Shown here: in pieces, positions 22,356 through 31,710 of the stretch
Layout: the number at the start of each line of letters is the position of its first letter
How positions within the stretch are numbered: the first letter of the stretch is position 1
Assembly (NCBI GenBank): GCA_965203965.1
Contig: CBDBDR010000017.1
Coordinates: forward strand, 768,001-832,000
Source of the DNA: Thermodesulfobacteriota bacterium
GTDB lineage: Bacteria; Desulfobacterota_D; UBA1144; Nemesobacterales; JAJCZQ01
Length of the DNA: 64,000 nt
Direction: 5' to 3'
Notes under the pieces: generated by a model
Databases searched by the model: none
What the model was told of the DNA's origin: nothing
What the model saw: only the letters and a program-made list of their open reading frames with translations
Program-made: the position numbers and the translations under genes

Positions 22356-22541
22356 AAGCTGAAATACGGGATTTATACATAAGGCAGTATAAAACCAATT
22401 AATACGAAGATAAAATAATAATTTTTGAGAATTTTGTAAGACATTTTGATACAATGTCAAGTAGTAAATTTGATAACATTTATCTAAAGTGTTACTATTA
22501 ATTTCTAAACCCATTATCTAAAAAGCAATAAGGAGGAAATA

Positions 22542-22790
22542 ATGACACCAGACTTAATTATAATTCTTGTAATTCTTGTTTTAATCGTCCTCGTTGTGAT
22601 TTTAATGAACAAGAAAAAAGACGCGGTAGAAAGTAGCAAAGATTCCAACGCAAAACCAACCTCAGGTGATCCTGTTGATCCATTCAAGTCAAGTGTCTCA
22701 CGATCTTCAGAACCATCTGAAAAACCCTCAACTGATACAGACAATAAGGAAGACCCTGATCCTCAAGACCCATTCAAAGCTCCGGGATAA
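22542..22790 (+). CDS. Small single-pass membrane protein with acidic Pro/Ser-rich tail
   Basis: Strong AAGGAGG RBS; N-terminal hydrophobic helix followed by KKK; low-complexity tail with two DPFK motifs. Confidence 0.75.
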   Translation: MTPDLIIILVILVLIVLVVILMNKKKDAVESSKDSNAKPTSGDPVDPFKSSVSRSSEPSEKPSTDTDNKEDPDPQDPFKAPG

Positions 22791-22809
22791 GTCTGAGGAC
22801 CGTATATTA

Positions 22810-23754
22810 TCAGCCCAAAAAGGATTCTATCTGAATAAAATTCCTTAGGTTTAAGATAGAATTCGGTGGAGGTTCTACTTTGAATGAGTTTAGATGTATT
22901 GTTCTTGCAACAATTTCAATACCTTCAACCAATCGTGGTCCAGGTCTACTGAAATAAGAATTTGCATCAACAAGATAAACATTCCCGTTTTGTGAAGCTG
23001 GAGTTTGATTCCATGCGGGATTTGATGTAACCGTACCAATTTCATCAAGAATCTTATCTATGTTAAATCCACAAGGCATAACAAAAATATAATGGGGTGC
23101 AAATTCCAATATTTGTTCCCAATTCACTCTCACAGATACCTCTCCTTTTTTACACAACCCATTCTCACCACCTGCAATCTCAACCATATCCGGAACCCAG
23201 TGTCCGGCAACAAAAGGAGGGTCAAGCCATTCAAGACAAAACACTCTGGGCAAGTCTCTTTTTTTCTGCGTTACCGATAAAATATCGTCAATTCTTTTTT
23301 GAAGATTTACTCTCAACTTATTAGCTTCCTTTGCCTTACCTGTAACTTCACCGATCGTAACTATTGATCCCAGCACTTCATCCATGGTTCCGGGTTCAAA
23401 TGAAACGATCTCCGGATTATTGTCCAACACTTCTGCCGCTTCCAACGTCTGAGTGTCAGACACTGCACACACTTCGCAAAGTCCCTGAGTGAAAATTATA
23501 TCTGGCTTTGCTTCCTTCAATTTTTCTATTTCCACCAAGTAAGTGCTTTTTCCCTCTTGCCTGTTTTTAACGACTAACTCATCTATCTCACGGCTTGACC
23601 GATTATGATGGCTAATACTACTCATAACAACCCTTGGCTTTTTCAACACAGATTCTGGGTAGTTGCATTCATGAGTAACTCCGACCAAATTGTCCTCTAA
23701 ACCCAGAGCACACACTATTTCTGTAACACTTGGCAGAAACGAGCAGATACGCAT
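22810..23754 (-). CDS. BtuF-like (periplasmic-binding-protein-2 fold) protein without signal peptide
   Basis: MRICSFLPSVTEIV, VGVTHECNYP, TQGLCEVCAV, LEWLDPP...GHWVP and FSRPGPRLVEG. Confidence 0.85.
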   Translation of the reverse strand: MRICSFLPSVTEIVCALGLEDNLVGVTHECNYPESVLKKPRVVMSSISHHNRSSREIDELVVKNRQEGKSTYLVEIEKLKEAKPDIIFTQGLCEVCAVSDTQTLEAAEVLDNNPEIVSFEPGTMDEVLGSIVTIGEVTGKAKEANKLRVNLQKRIDDILSVTQKKRDLPRVFCLEWLDPPFVAGHWVPDMVEIAGGENGLCKKGEVSVRVNWEQILEFAPHYIFVMPCGFNIDKILDEIGTVTSNPAWNQTPASQNGNVYLVDANSYFSRPGPRLVEGIEIVARTIHLNSFKVEPPPNSILNLRNFIQIESFLG

Positions 23755-23994
23755 TATTTTCCTAAAAATTCAGACTTAGAAGCATATTCAGTTAATAGTT
23801 TCAAACAGTTCATTTTAATTACCTTTTCTATACACCGTTCTTGCAAACTATTCCTGACTAACTGTAACAATTCAATTAGTGTCTCCATGATGAGGGTTAA
23901 AGGGAACTTACCCTACATCATATTCTCAAAGGTCAGACTTAAACGAGTGGTCGGCAGGTGGGGCGGCACACCAGCCTCTTTGATCAATCATTGC

Positions 23995-25440
23995 TTAATA
24001 ACCAACGTAACCTTCCGGCCATCCAGCCAAACCAAGGTATGCGTGCTTTCTATCAGAAACGTTGTCACCGCCAGGTCGTGAGAATGGAATTTCATAGGGA
24101 GAATCCTTCTGTTCTACAAGCAGGTTCGTCTCAGCATCATAGTCATATATGGTAACTGTATGGGTCACCAAAGCACCAAGGACGTAAACATTCTTTTTGT
24201 CTCCCGTCATAAAGACATCCTTTGTATCTGCCGGAAAGTCATTGGCAGATTCCTCTGGCAACAAGCGCACCAGATTTTGGAGATGATTTAAAGTTGCCCC
24301 ACCTACAACAAAAGTTGAAACTGTGTTAGATGTAAAACTGGGAACTATAAGCAACTTGTTGTCGTCACTTAACCACGTCCAGCAGGCTTCAACACCTATA
24401 CCAGGCACCTGTGCATTACCACTGGCTTCAGAGGTGCCACTTGGATCGGATTTAAATACTTTAGATGTATCATCCGTTTTCAGTGCAGTTACACTGTGAG
24501 CAGGAACGTCAGCAGCAATGTTGAAGTTAGCAACGTATATATACTCATTATCAGAACTCCATGAAAAACCAATGCTCCCCGATACCCCTGTTTGTTGATA
24601 AAAACGCTCATTGTTTAAGCTAAGAGTTCCATCACTTACACTCACGTCATATAAATAGGTGCGACTCGGTCCTTGAAGACCTATATCAGCAGAAGTTGTA
24701 AAATGTGGAACACCCCACGTGGTAACCGCAAGCATGCTTCCGTCGGGGCTGAAGGAAACCTGTGAAGGTCCTCCATAATCAGGAGAATTATAGGTGGTAA
24801 GCACAGTAGGATCAGTCAACATTCCATTTGCAAAGGTAAATGCCCGCAGATTGCGTTTATCCGTGGGAACCAATGAACCTGAAGTGCCATCTCCAAGCTG
24901 GATTCCGTTCTGGTCAGTGCAAGTATTCAGCAAAGGTGGGTCTGCCGGCGTAAAGCAAAGTGGATTGGAATATTGATTAGCAATAACCACGAACGTCTTA
25001 TCATCTGATTTCAGATAATCAATGCTGACGGGACGAACACCTCCCGAGTCAACTATTTGATTGAACCTTAAGGAGCCATCATTATTAATGGCAAAAACAG
25101 TGACGCTACCGTTGCCCTCCGCAACTCTTTCAACACCAGAATGATCACCGGCATTAACAACCAGCAGATAATTATCTATTACTCTTATTGACGATTGCCC
25201 ATCAAAATCTCCATCATCAGCATCTCCCACGCCATTTGTAGTGTAAGTCGTGTCAACCTGTTCCAGTTGGCCGTTTTCCTTAATAGCAAAAGAGACGACG
25301 TGATTGCCACTGCTATCATTGGTACTGGAATATAAATGAGACTGGGTCACCGTATCTGTGGAATCATCATCACAGGCAACAATTAGTAAAATAATGAATA
25401 CCAGCGCAGCATATTTAATTAAGGGGTTTGTATAATTCAT
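23995..25440 (-). CDS. Lipoprotein with lactonase/YncE-like beta-propeller
   Basis: Lipobox LIVAC-DDDS and GGAGG RBS; propeller-blade motifs (LLVVNAG, SGGVRPVSI, SFSPDGS, FSWSSD, EACWTWLSDD). Confidence 0.75.
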   Translation of the reverse strand: MNYTNPLIKYAALVFIILLIVACDDDSTDTVTQSHLYSSTNDSSGNHVVSFAIKENGQLEQVDTTYTTNGVGDADDGDFDGQSSIRVIDNYLLVVNAGDHSGVERVAEGNGSVTVFAINNDGSLRFNQIVDSGGVRPVSIDYLKSDDKTFVVIANQYSNPLCFTPADPPLLNTCTDQNGIQLGDGTSGSLVPTDKRNLRAFTFANGMLTDPTVLTTYNSPDYGGPSQVSFSPDGSMLAVTTWGVPHFTTSADIGLQGPSRTYLYDVSVSDGTLSLNNERFYQQTGVSGSIGFSWSSDNEYIYVANFNIAADVPAHSVTALKTDDTSKVFKSDPSGTSEASGNAQVPGIGVEACWTWLSDDNKLLIVPSFTSNTVSTFVVGGATLNHLQNLVRLLPEESANDFPADTKDVFMTGDKKNVYVLGALVTHTVTIYDYDAETNLLVEQKDSPYEIPFSRPGGDNVSDRKHAYLGLAGWPEGYVGY

Positions 25441-25559
25441 CTCAATTACCTCCTATGGTACTGGAGTCTATTCGTATTAAATCATAAAACAATATCAAAT
25501 GTCAACTACCTTGATTGGTCAGAGTAATGGCATAGCTAAATTCCCTACTGAGTGGACAA

Positions 25560-25711
25560 AATGCAATCGGATTGATGGTTCAACAAGGTTGGTAGGCAAT
25601 CCCTAAACATTTCCATTATGTGGATACGATGAATATGCTGTTATGCCCAATCATGTTCACGGCATTTTATTATCAGAGGTTCAGAATCACAGGCGAAGTC
25701 CGTCGCTGTAG
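25560..25711 (+). pseudogene. Fragment of a REP-associated tyrosine transposase (RAYT, IS200/IS605 superfamily Y1 HUH)
   Basis: NAIGLMVQQGW*AIPKHFHYVD-[frameshift]-DEYAVMPNHVHGILL contains the HUH motif MPNHVH, with an in-frame stop at 25593-25595 and a frameshift near 25627. Confidence 0.75.
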
Positions 25712-25753
25712 GGTGACATCTACACCATGATGATATTGATATTGCTTGCCAGT

Positions 25754-25885
25754 TGACAACCGTGGCTTTGCCATTGCAGGTCTTGTGATCTACAACCGCT
25801 GCAGCTCCTTGCGATGGCTTGGCTGAAACACAACACCCGCATGCAGTGAAAAGCCAGATTGTATGCTCGCAAGCTCATTCGGCAT
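25754..25885 (-). pseudogene. Fragment of an IS91/ISCR-type (Y2) rolling-circle transposase
   Basis: Minus frame MPNELASIQSGFSLHAGVVFQPSHRKELQRL*ITRPAMAKPRLS matches the conserved GFSLHA...LERLCRYITRP...RLS block, with the catalytic region destroyed. Confidence 0.75.
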
Positions 25886-26122
25886 TCTTTCTTATCGGCC
25901 GCGATTCCGTGACACTCCACTGGGGACCAGACCAAATTAAGGGAACGGCGGTACCTATTCTGCCTTAAGCGAAACAAACTCAAATCCAACAAAAAGTAAT
26001 AGAGTCATCTAACCTGCGAAGACAATTCAAACACCTGATAGAATGCTCCAAGCATGCGTTGAAAATTACAATATAGCAAGACGAACAAACGGCTATTGAT
26101 TAGCTGGAACAACAAACTGATT

Positions 26123-27343
26123 TTACCACAAAGGATTAAAAACCATGCCGGAAAGTATTTTAGGATAAAAATAAGTCGTTTTGTGAGGCATTTTTTCTCC
26201 GTCAAGAACAACCTCAAATATATCACCAGCCTTTATCTTGGGAAGTAAGAACCCCGCTTCATATTCACCACTTCGGATCAATTCACACAGTTCACCGTCA
26301 AACTTGGTGTATAGGATTCCGGCGTTCTCTTCATTTATGATCTCTTTGAAAATAAGATTGTGAAGCTGCATTACTGCTAAATTCTGATAGTTTTTGGGTT
26401 GCTTATTTTTGGGTTTGAGCATGTGTCTTGACTCACAAGAACCTAAGACAACTACTATCTCATCAAAAGCCAACTCGATGGTCTCATCTTCTCTGTATTC
26501 CGTCAATTCAAAGTATTTACCCAGTCTCTCAAGCAACTCATCTCTGGATAGTCCGGTTTGTTTTACAACCCTGTGCGTGGGATTTATTATTAAACCTTCC
26601 CCCTCTGCTCTTGAAAGATACATCATCACGTAATTGTAAGGCTTTTCTTGCTGACCTGCCCCGTTCCCACTTTTTTGCTGATTTCTATAGTTAATTGCAG
26701 TTTCATACCTGTGATGACCATCGGCTATAAGCAGGTTTTTATCAATCATCTTGTTCGTGATCTCTTTAATAACTGATTGGTCTGAAACCTTCCAGAATCG
26801 GTTTTTAACGCCCTCGCTTGTAGTTACATCCATCAGTGGGTGCTCGTTAATAGAACCGTCAATCAAATTCTCCACGTATCCACTCTCATCGGAATAAACT
26901 GCAAAAACCTGACTCAAGTTAGCACTGCATGCAGTAGTCAATTTCAATCTGTCATCCTTGTATTTTTTAAACGTCTGCTCATGGGGAAGAACCACTTTAG
27001 ATGCAAAATCCTCAATTTTTACAACAGCTATAAATCCCTTTCTTGTGAAAACCTTACCCTCGAACTCAAAATCCTGATAACACGGATAAATTGAAGGGAC
27101 ACTCTCTCGTATTAAAACCGAATCATCAAGCCATTTGTTAAACGTAGTGCTGGCATTTGTATACTTATCATTCCCTTCACCTCTAGCAAGGATCAATCTG
27201 ATTACGTTATAAGGATCCAGATGATAAAACTCCTCTTGCTTCTGCTTATCAATCACATCATAAGGTGGAGCAACAACCTTGGATAAATCATCAACCTTAT
27301 CGGTGTTATAAGTAATTCCCTTAAAGCCCTTGACTATTGCCAA
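26123..27343 (-). CDS. DUF1015 family protein
   Basis: VVAPPYDVI, PHEQT, IADGHHRYETA, PTHR and MPHKTTYFYPKILSG. Confidence 0.9.
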   Translation of the reverse strand: MAIVKGFKGITYNTDKVDDLSKVVAPPYDVIDKQKQEEFYHLDPYNVIRLILARGEGNDKYTNASTTFNKWLDDSVLIRESVPSIYPCYQDFEFEGKVFTRKGFIAVVKIEDFASKVVLPHEQTFKKYKDDRLKLTTACSANLSQVFAVYSDESGYVENLIDGSINEHPLMDVTTSEGVKNRFWKVSDQSVIKEITNKMIDKNLLIADGHHRYETAINYRNQQKSGNGAGQQEKPYNYVMMYLSRAEGEGLIINPTHRVVKQTGLSRDELLERLGKYFELTEYREDETIELAFDEIVVVLGSCESRHMLKPKNKQPKNYQNLAVMQLHNLIFKEIINEENAGILYTKFDGELCELIRSGEYEAGFLLPKIKAGDIFEVVLDGEKMPHKTTYFYPKILSGMVFNPLW

Positions 27344-27959
27344 CGAAAAACTCCTTCAATTCTCTCTCGTGTAAGTCCCCTTCTCTGAGAATTACGGGTG
27401 GATATACGGTCATATCTAGTATTGTGGAACCTTTAGAGGCAGGTAAGTTACCAGAATCAACTATAAGGTCAACCTTATCAACGAACTGATCAATTATTTC
27501 TTCAATCGTTACGGGTTGTTCCTGTCCGCTGATATTTGCACTTGTTGAAGTAACGGGAACGTCAATAAATTCAAAAAGCCTGCCAACAAACTGATTTGAC
27601 GATACCCTGACTCCGACCTTTCCAGTTCCCGCTGAAAGCTCGTCCGGAAATTTGAACCTTTGTTCCAATACTATTGTCAGTGGAAGCCCAACGAATTTTT
27701 CATACAGTTGTATATGAACATTGTTGATCTTAAAATACCTTTTTATCATATCAACATCCTTAGCCAGTGTTAAAAGAGGCTTGCCGGATCCTCTTTTTTT
27801 TATATTGAATATTCTGTTGATCGCACTACCGTTGTCTGCAAGCGATCCAATGCCGTATAGAGTTTCCGTAGGATAAACGACAATTCCACTACTTTTGAGA
27901 ATTCCGGCGGCATGCCCGGCACATTGGTCGTCTAAGGATGATAGTATTTTCGCTTTCAT
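27321..27959 (-). CDS. tsaC: L-threonylcarbamoyladenylate synthase (TsaC/Sua5, short form)
   Basis: YPTETLYG, KKR, STSANISG, GSTILD and LREG. Confidence 0.92.
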   Translation of the reverse strand: MKAKILSSLDDQCAGHAAGILKSSGIVVYPTETLYGIGSLADNGSAINRIFNIKKRGSGKPLLTLAKDVDMIKRYFKINNVHIQLYEKFVGLPLTIVLEQRFKFPDELSAGTGKVGVRVSSNQFVGRLFEFIDVPVTSTSANISGQEQPVTIEEIIDQFVDKVDLIVDSGNLPASKGSTILDMTVYPPVILREGDLHERELKEFFVGNSQGL

Positions 27960-28068
27960 TGCAATGACTTTTAAGTCTTCACCAAAAACTATTTGATAGT
28001 TTAGCTAAACAAACATCATCTGAAATATAATATATAGTATAATATCAAGTGATACGGAAGAGTGCTTA

Positions 28069-29535
28069 GTGAATAAAGAATTAAAGAACACCTTGAAAAA
28101 CAAGTTAAGTTATATCCTGTGTCCGGATGCAATCCTTTCAACTGACGAACAACTTGTTGCGTATGAATGTGATGGTTTGACAAACTACAGAGTAAAACCA
28201 CAATTTGTGGTTCTGCCTTCCAACACGGAACAGGTCTCAAAAGTAGTAAAACTATGCCATGAATATGAAATACCCTTTGTGCCACGTGGTGCAGGAACTG
28301 GCTTATCCGGGGGAGCATTACCTGATAAGGATGGGATACTGATATGTCTTTCCAAAATGAATAGAATATTAGAGATAGATATTAACAACAGGTTTGTGGT
28401 TGTTGAGCCGGGCGTAGTCAACAGACGAGTCAGTGAAGCCGTGGATAAATACGGGTTTTATTATGCACCGGATCCATCCAGCCAAATTGTCTGCACAATT
28501 GGCGGGAACGTAGCAGAAAACTCCGGCGGCGTGCACTGCCTGAAATATGGAGTTACCACAAACCACGTGCTCGGTGTTGAAATGGTTTTATCAAGTGGAC
28601 AGATTGTAGAGATAGGAGGTAGAACACAGGACTCTCCGGGTTATGACCTTTTGAGCATTGTAATAGGCTCGGAAGGTATTTTGGGCATTGTGACCAAAGT
28701 TATTTTAAAAATTACAAGGAAACCGCAATTGGTAAAAACCCTTCTTGCTTCATTTGAACGCATAGAACAGGCAGGCTCATCGGTATCGGGAATTATTGCA
28801 AGGGGTGTTATACCGGCGGGTATGGAAATAATGGACAACACCTGCATAAAAGCCGTTCAAAAATCTGTAAATGCAGGTTATCCTGAAGACGCAGGGGCAA
28901 TACTGCTGGTGGAGCTTGACGGATTTACTGCTGAGGTTGAATCGCAGTTGCCAATAACAGAAAGGGTTTTAAGGAAAAATTTTGCAAAAGAGATCAGAAT
29001 AGCCAAAAATGAAGCAGAGAGAGAACTACTTTGGAAAGGAAGAAAAAGCGCTTTTGCCGCAATGGGTAGGATAAGCCCGGACTACTATGTTCAAGATGGG
29101 GTAATCCCCAGGTTCAAATTAGCTGAGGTTCTTGGAGAAATAAACAAGTTGAGCAATGAATACGGTCTGACCGTTGCAAACGTCTTTCACGCCGGTGATG
29201 GTAATCTGCACCCCCTTATACTTTACAACTCTAAAACTGAGGGCGAGTTTGAAAAAGTTGAGAAACTAGCGGGCAGAATATTACAGGTTTGCGTGGATTC
29301 AGGTGGAAGCATTACGGGTGAACATGGAGTAGGTTACGACAAAAAGAGTTACATAACTATGATGTTCAATGAGCAGGAAATGGACACCATGAATCTTATC
29401 AGATGCACATTTGACCCAAAGGGAATATGCAACCCGGGTAAGATGTTTCCAACTCCAAGAACCTGTGCTGAACACGGAATGTCGTATGAAAGAACAGTTA
29501 ATCTCCAAAGTCATGCCGAGGGAGAGTTGTTCTGA
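28069..29535 (+). CDS. glcD: Glycolate/2-hydroxyacid oxidase FAD subunit GlcD
   Basis: PRGAGTGLSGG, APDPSSQIVCTIGGNVAENSGG, HAGDGNLHP and GEHGVG. Confidence 0.92.
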   Translation: MNKELKNTLKNKLSYILCPDAILSTDEQLVAYECDGLTNYRVKPQFVVLPSNTEQVSKVVKLCHEYEIPFVPRGAGTGLSGGALPDKDGILICLSKMNRILEIDINNRFVVVEPGVVNRRVSEAVDKYGFYYAPDPSSQIVCTIGGNVAENSGGVHCLKYGVTTNHVLGVEMVLSSGQIVEIGGRTQDSPGYDLLSIVIGSEGILGIVTKVILKITRKPQLVKTLLASFERIEQAGSSVSGIIARGVIPAGMEIMDNTCIKAVQKSVNAGYPEDAGAILLVELDGFTAEVESQLPITERVLRKNFAKEIRIAKNEAERELLWKGRKSAFAAMGRISPDYYVQDGVIPRFKLAEVLGEINKLSNEYGLTVANVFHAGDGNLHPLILYNSKTEGEFEKVEKLAGRILQVCVDSGGSITGEHGVGYDKKSYITMMFNEQEMDTMNLIRCTFDPKGICNPGKMFPTPRTCAEHGMSYERTVNLQSHAEGELF

Positions 29536-29546
29536 TCAAACCTTAT

Positions 29547-30863
29547 ATGAATATCAATATTGAAGAGTTTATAAGCCTGCTGAACGGATCAAGTGTAATA
29601 TTTAGAAAGGACAAACTGACCAGATTTGCAGTTTACAAACAACTCCCGCGTGTCGCCGTTGTTCCAGAAACTTATGAGCAGGTTTCAAAAGCCGTAAAGT
29701 ATTGCAACGATAATAATTTAAGCATTATTCCCGTTGGAAGTGGCACAAAAATTTCACTCGGGAATAAACCTAACTCCTATAACGTTGCCATTAGCATGGA
29801 AAAGCTCAACAATGTTATCCATCACAATGAAATAGACTTTACCGTTACGGTTCAGGCAGGTGCAAAATTAGAACGTGTCCAGCAGCAACTTATAAAAAAA
29901 AATCAGTTTATTGCACTTGACCCTCCGATGACGGAGCAGGGGGCCACGATTGGTGGGGTCATCTCCTCGAATGACAGTGGCCCATCAAGGTTGATGTATA
30001 AAACCTGCAAGGAGCAGATACTTGAAATTAAAGTCGTGAGAGCAGACGGTAGTATTATAAGAGGCGGTGCAAAAGTTGTTAAAAACGTTGCAGGTTATGA
30101 CTTACCAAAACTGTTTGTAGGCTCTGTGGGAACGCTTGGTATAATTGTTGAAGCAACCTTAAAGACGTATCCGGTTGCTGAAAAATCTGTCTCATTCATT
30201 TTTGGCGTAAATAACGTAGATGAATTGAACAGATCAACTGCATCCATACTTGACGCTGATGTATCCCTGACTGCTTTGGAAATCGCAAACCATAGTCTTG
30301 CAAAACATATTTCTCAATCCGCTGGACTTAGGGAATTAAGTGGATTTGCCTACCTAACTGTTTTGAAAATTGAAAATGTATCAAAATCAGTGGATGAGCA
30401 GATTGAAGTTGTCAAACGCATTCTCAAGAATGAAGGTATTAATGGGATTATTATAAAAAATGACGACACCGTTTGGAGACACATACGAAATTTTCCATTC
30501 TTAGATTTAACTGAAAGTGCATCATGTAAAATCAACGTGCTTATTACAGACGTTTCAAAAATTATTGAATACATTGAAGAAATTACCAAAAACTTAAACT
30601 TGGTATTCTTTATATCCGCAAAAGCAGGTATTGGTTCAATACAGACTTTAATTAAGGGCAAAAGCAAAGATATAAAGATGTGCATAGATCTTCTCAGAAG
30701 TTATGCTACAAATTTGAGGGGAAATGTTATTGTTCAAAAATCACCTGGTGAATTTGACGAGATTGATCCGTGGAAAAATCTGGTGTCCTCTTACGAGCTA
30801 ATGAAAGCTCTGAAGGTGAACTTTGATCCCAAGAACATACTGGGGCCAGGGAAACTATTATAG
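29547..30863 (+). CDS. glcE: Glycolate oxidase FAD subunit GlcE
   Basis: ATIGGVIS, GAKVVKNVAGYDLPKLFVGSVGTLG and FDPKNILGPGK; follows glcD. Confidence 0.85.
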   Translation: MNINIEEFISLLNGSSVIFRKDKLTRFAVYKQLPRVAVVPETYEQVSKAVKYCNDNNLSIIPVGSGTKISLGNKPNSYNVAISMEKLNNVIHHNEIDFTVTVQAGAKLERVQQQLIKKNQFIALDPPMTEQGATIGGVISSNDSGPSRLMYKTCKEQILEIKVVRADGSIIRGGAKVVKNVAGYDLPKLFVGSVGTLGIIVEATLKTYPVAEKSVSFIFGVNNVDELNRSTASILDADVSLTALEIANHSLAKHISQSAGLRELSGFAYLTVLKIENVSKSVDEQIEVVKRILKNEGINGIIIKNDDTVWRHIRNFPFLDLTESASCKINVLITDVSKIIEYIEEITKNLNLVFFISAKAGIGSIQTLIKGKSKDIKMCIDLLRSYATNLRGNVIVQKSPGEFDEIDPWKNLVSSYELMKALKVNFDPKNILGPGKLL

Positions 30864-30943
30864 ACACGGCAAATAACGAAGCTCTAAATTTACGAGTTTC
30901 TAAGATTAGTCACACAAAATAAAAACTTCCAAGCCCAACAACA

Positions 30944-31708
30944 ATGATCAGAAGGAAATCACAGAGCGGATGGATTTTATTTACTCAGAACGACCATGCA
31001 AAACTTGCAGGAGATATAATGAATTTTTGGGGTAATGATCGTTTCTCATCCATAAAACCTTTTGAGAAAGTTATACATGCCATAAATAATCACGACTCCG
31101 GGTGGATAAATTGGGACAATAAACCTAAAATAAGCACTCAAAACCACTATCCAGTAAACTTTATGGAAATGAACTCTGATGAGCAGAAGGAAATATGGAT
31201 AAACAGCTTTGAAGACATCTCTGACGGAAAAGGTTATTCATCAGCTTTAATAGCCCTTCACTTTTGCAGTCTGAACGAAAAATCCACGTGCAACAACCTT
31301 AGTGGCAACAGCCCCTCAGAGTTGAATAAAAAAACAAGGGATATTGTCACTTCTGTTTTTGGTGTTGGATACAATTCACTCAAAGACAATGACCTTCCCC
31401 TGGTGGTAAAAACCAACTTAAAATTCCTACAGATAGGAGATATTATTTCACTTGCCCTTTGCCATGGCTGGGTATCAAACGAGCTGAGAAATGTACCCAT
31501 AAACTATGAAGACAGCACAAAAAATATAACTTTGAAATCAACAGACGGCTTTAAATACAGAATATATCCCAATCCGTTTTCAGTAAAAAAACTTGATGTC
31601 AGCATAATGGGGAAAAGACTGTTGAAAAAAAAATTTGATAATGATGATAACCTCCGAGCGTCATTGAAAAAATCACAATTGGAAAGATTTTATTTCACCA
31701 TAGAGTAA
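30944..31708 (+). CDS. DUF3891 family protein
   Basis: The MIRR..GWILFTQNDHAKLAGDI..FWGN, AINNHDSGW and D.ISLALC pattern is typical of DUF3891. Confidence 0.75.
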   Translation: MIRRKSQSGWILFTQNDHAKLAGDIMNFWGNDRFSSIKPFEKVIHAINNHDSGWINWDNKPKISTQNHYPVNFMEMNSDEQKEIWINSFEDISDGKGYSSALIALHFCSLNEKSTCNNLSGNSPSELNKKTRDIVTSVFGVGYNSLKDNDLPLVVKTNLKFLQIGDIISLALCHGWVSNELRNVPINYEDSTKNITLKSTDGFKYRIYPNPFSVKKLDVSIMGKRLLKKKFDNDDNLRASLKKSQLERFYFTIE

Positions 31709-31710
31709 AT

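Noticed and set aside
23755..23994. Cobalamin riboswitch upstream of the BtuF-like gene, and ORFs 23887-24081 and 23958-24155
   Set aside because: No B12-box or conserved riboswitch core was recognisable on the minus strand. The ORFs overlap the lipoprotein 3' end and lack features.
25720..26226. ORFs 25720-25992 and 26005-26226 as real genes
   Set aside because: The first is an alternative frame over the IS91-like relic; the second overlaps the DUF1015 end and has no motif.
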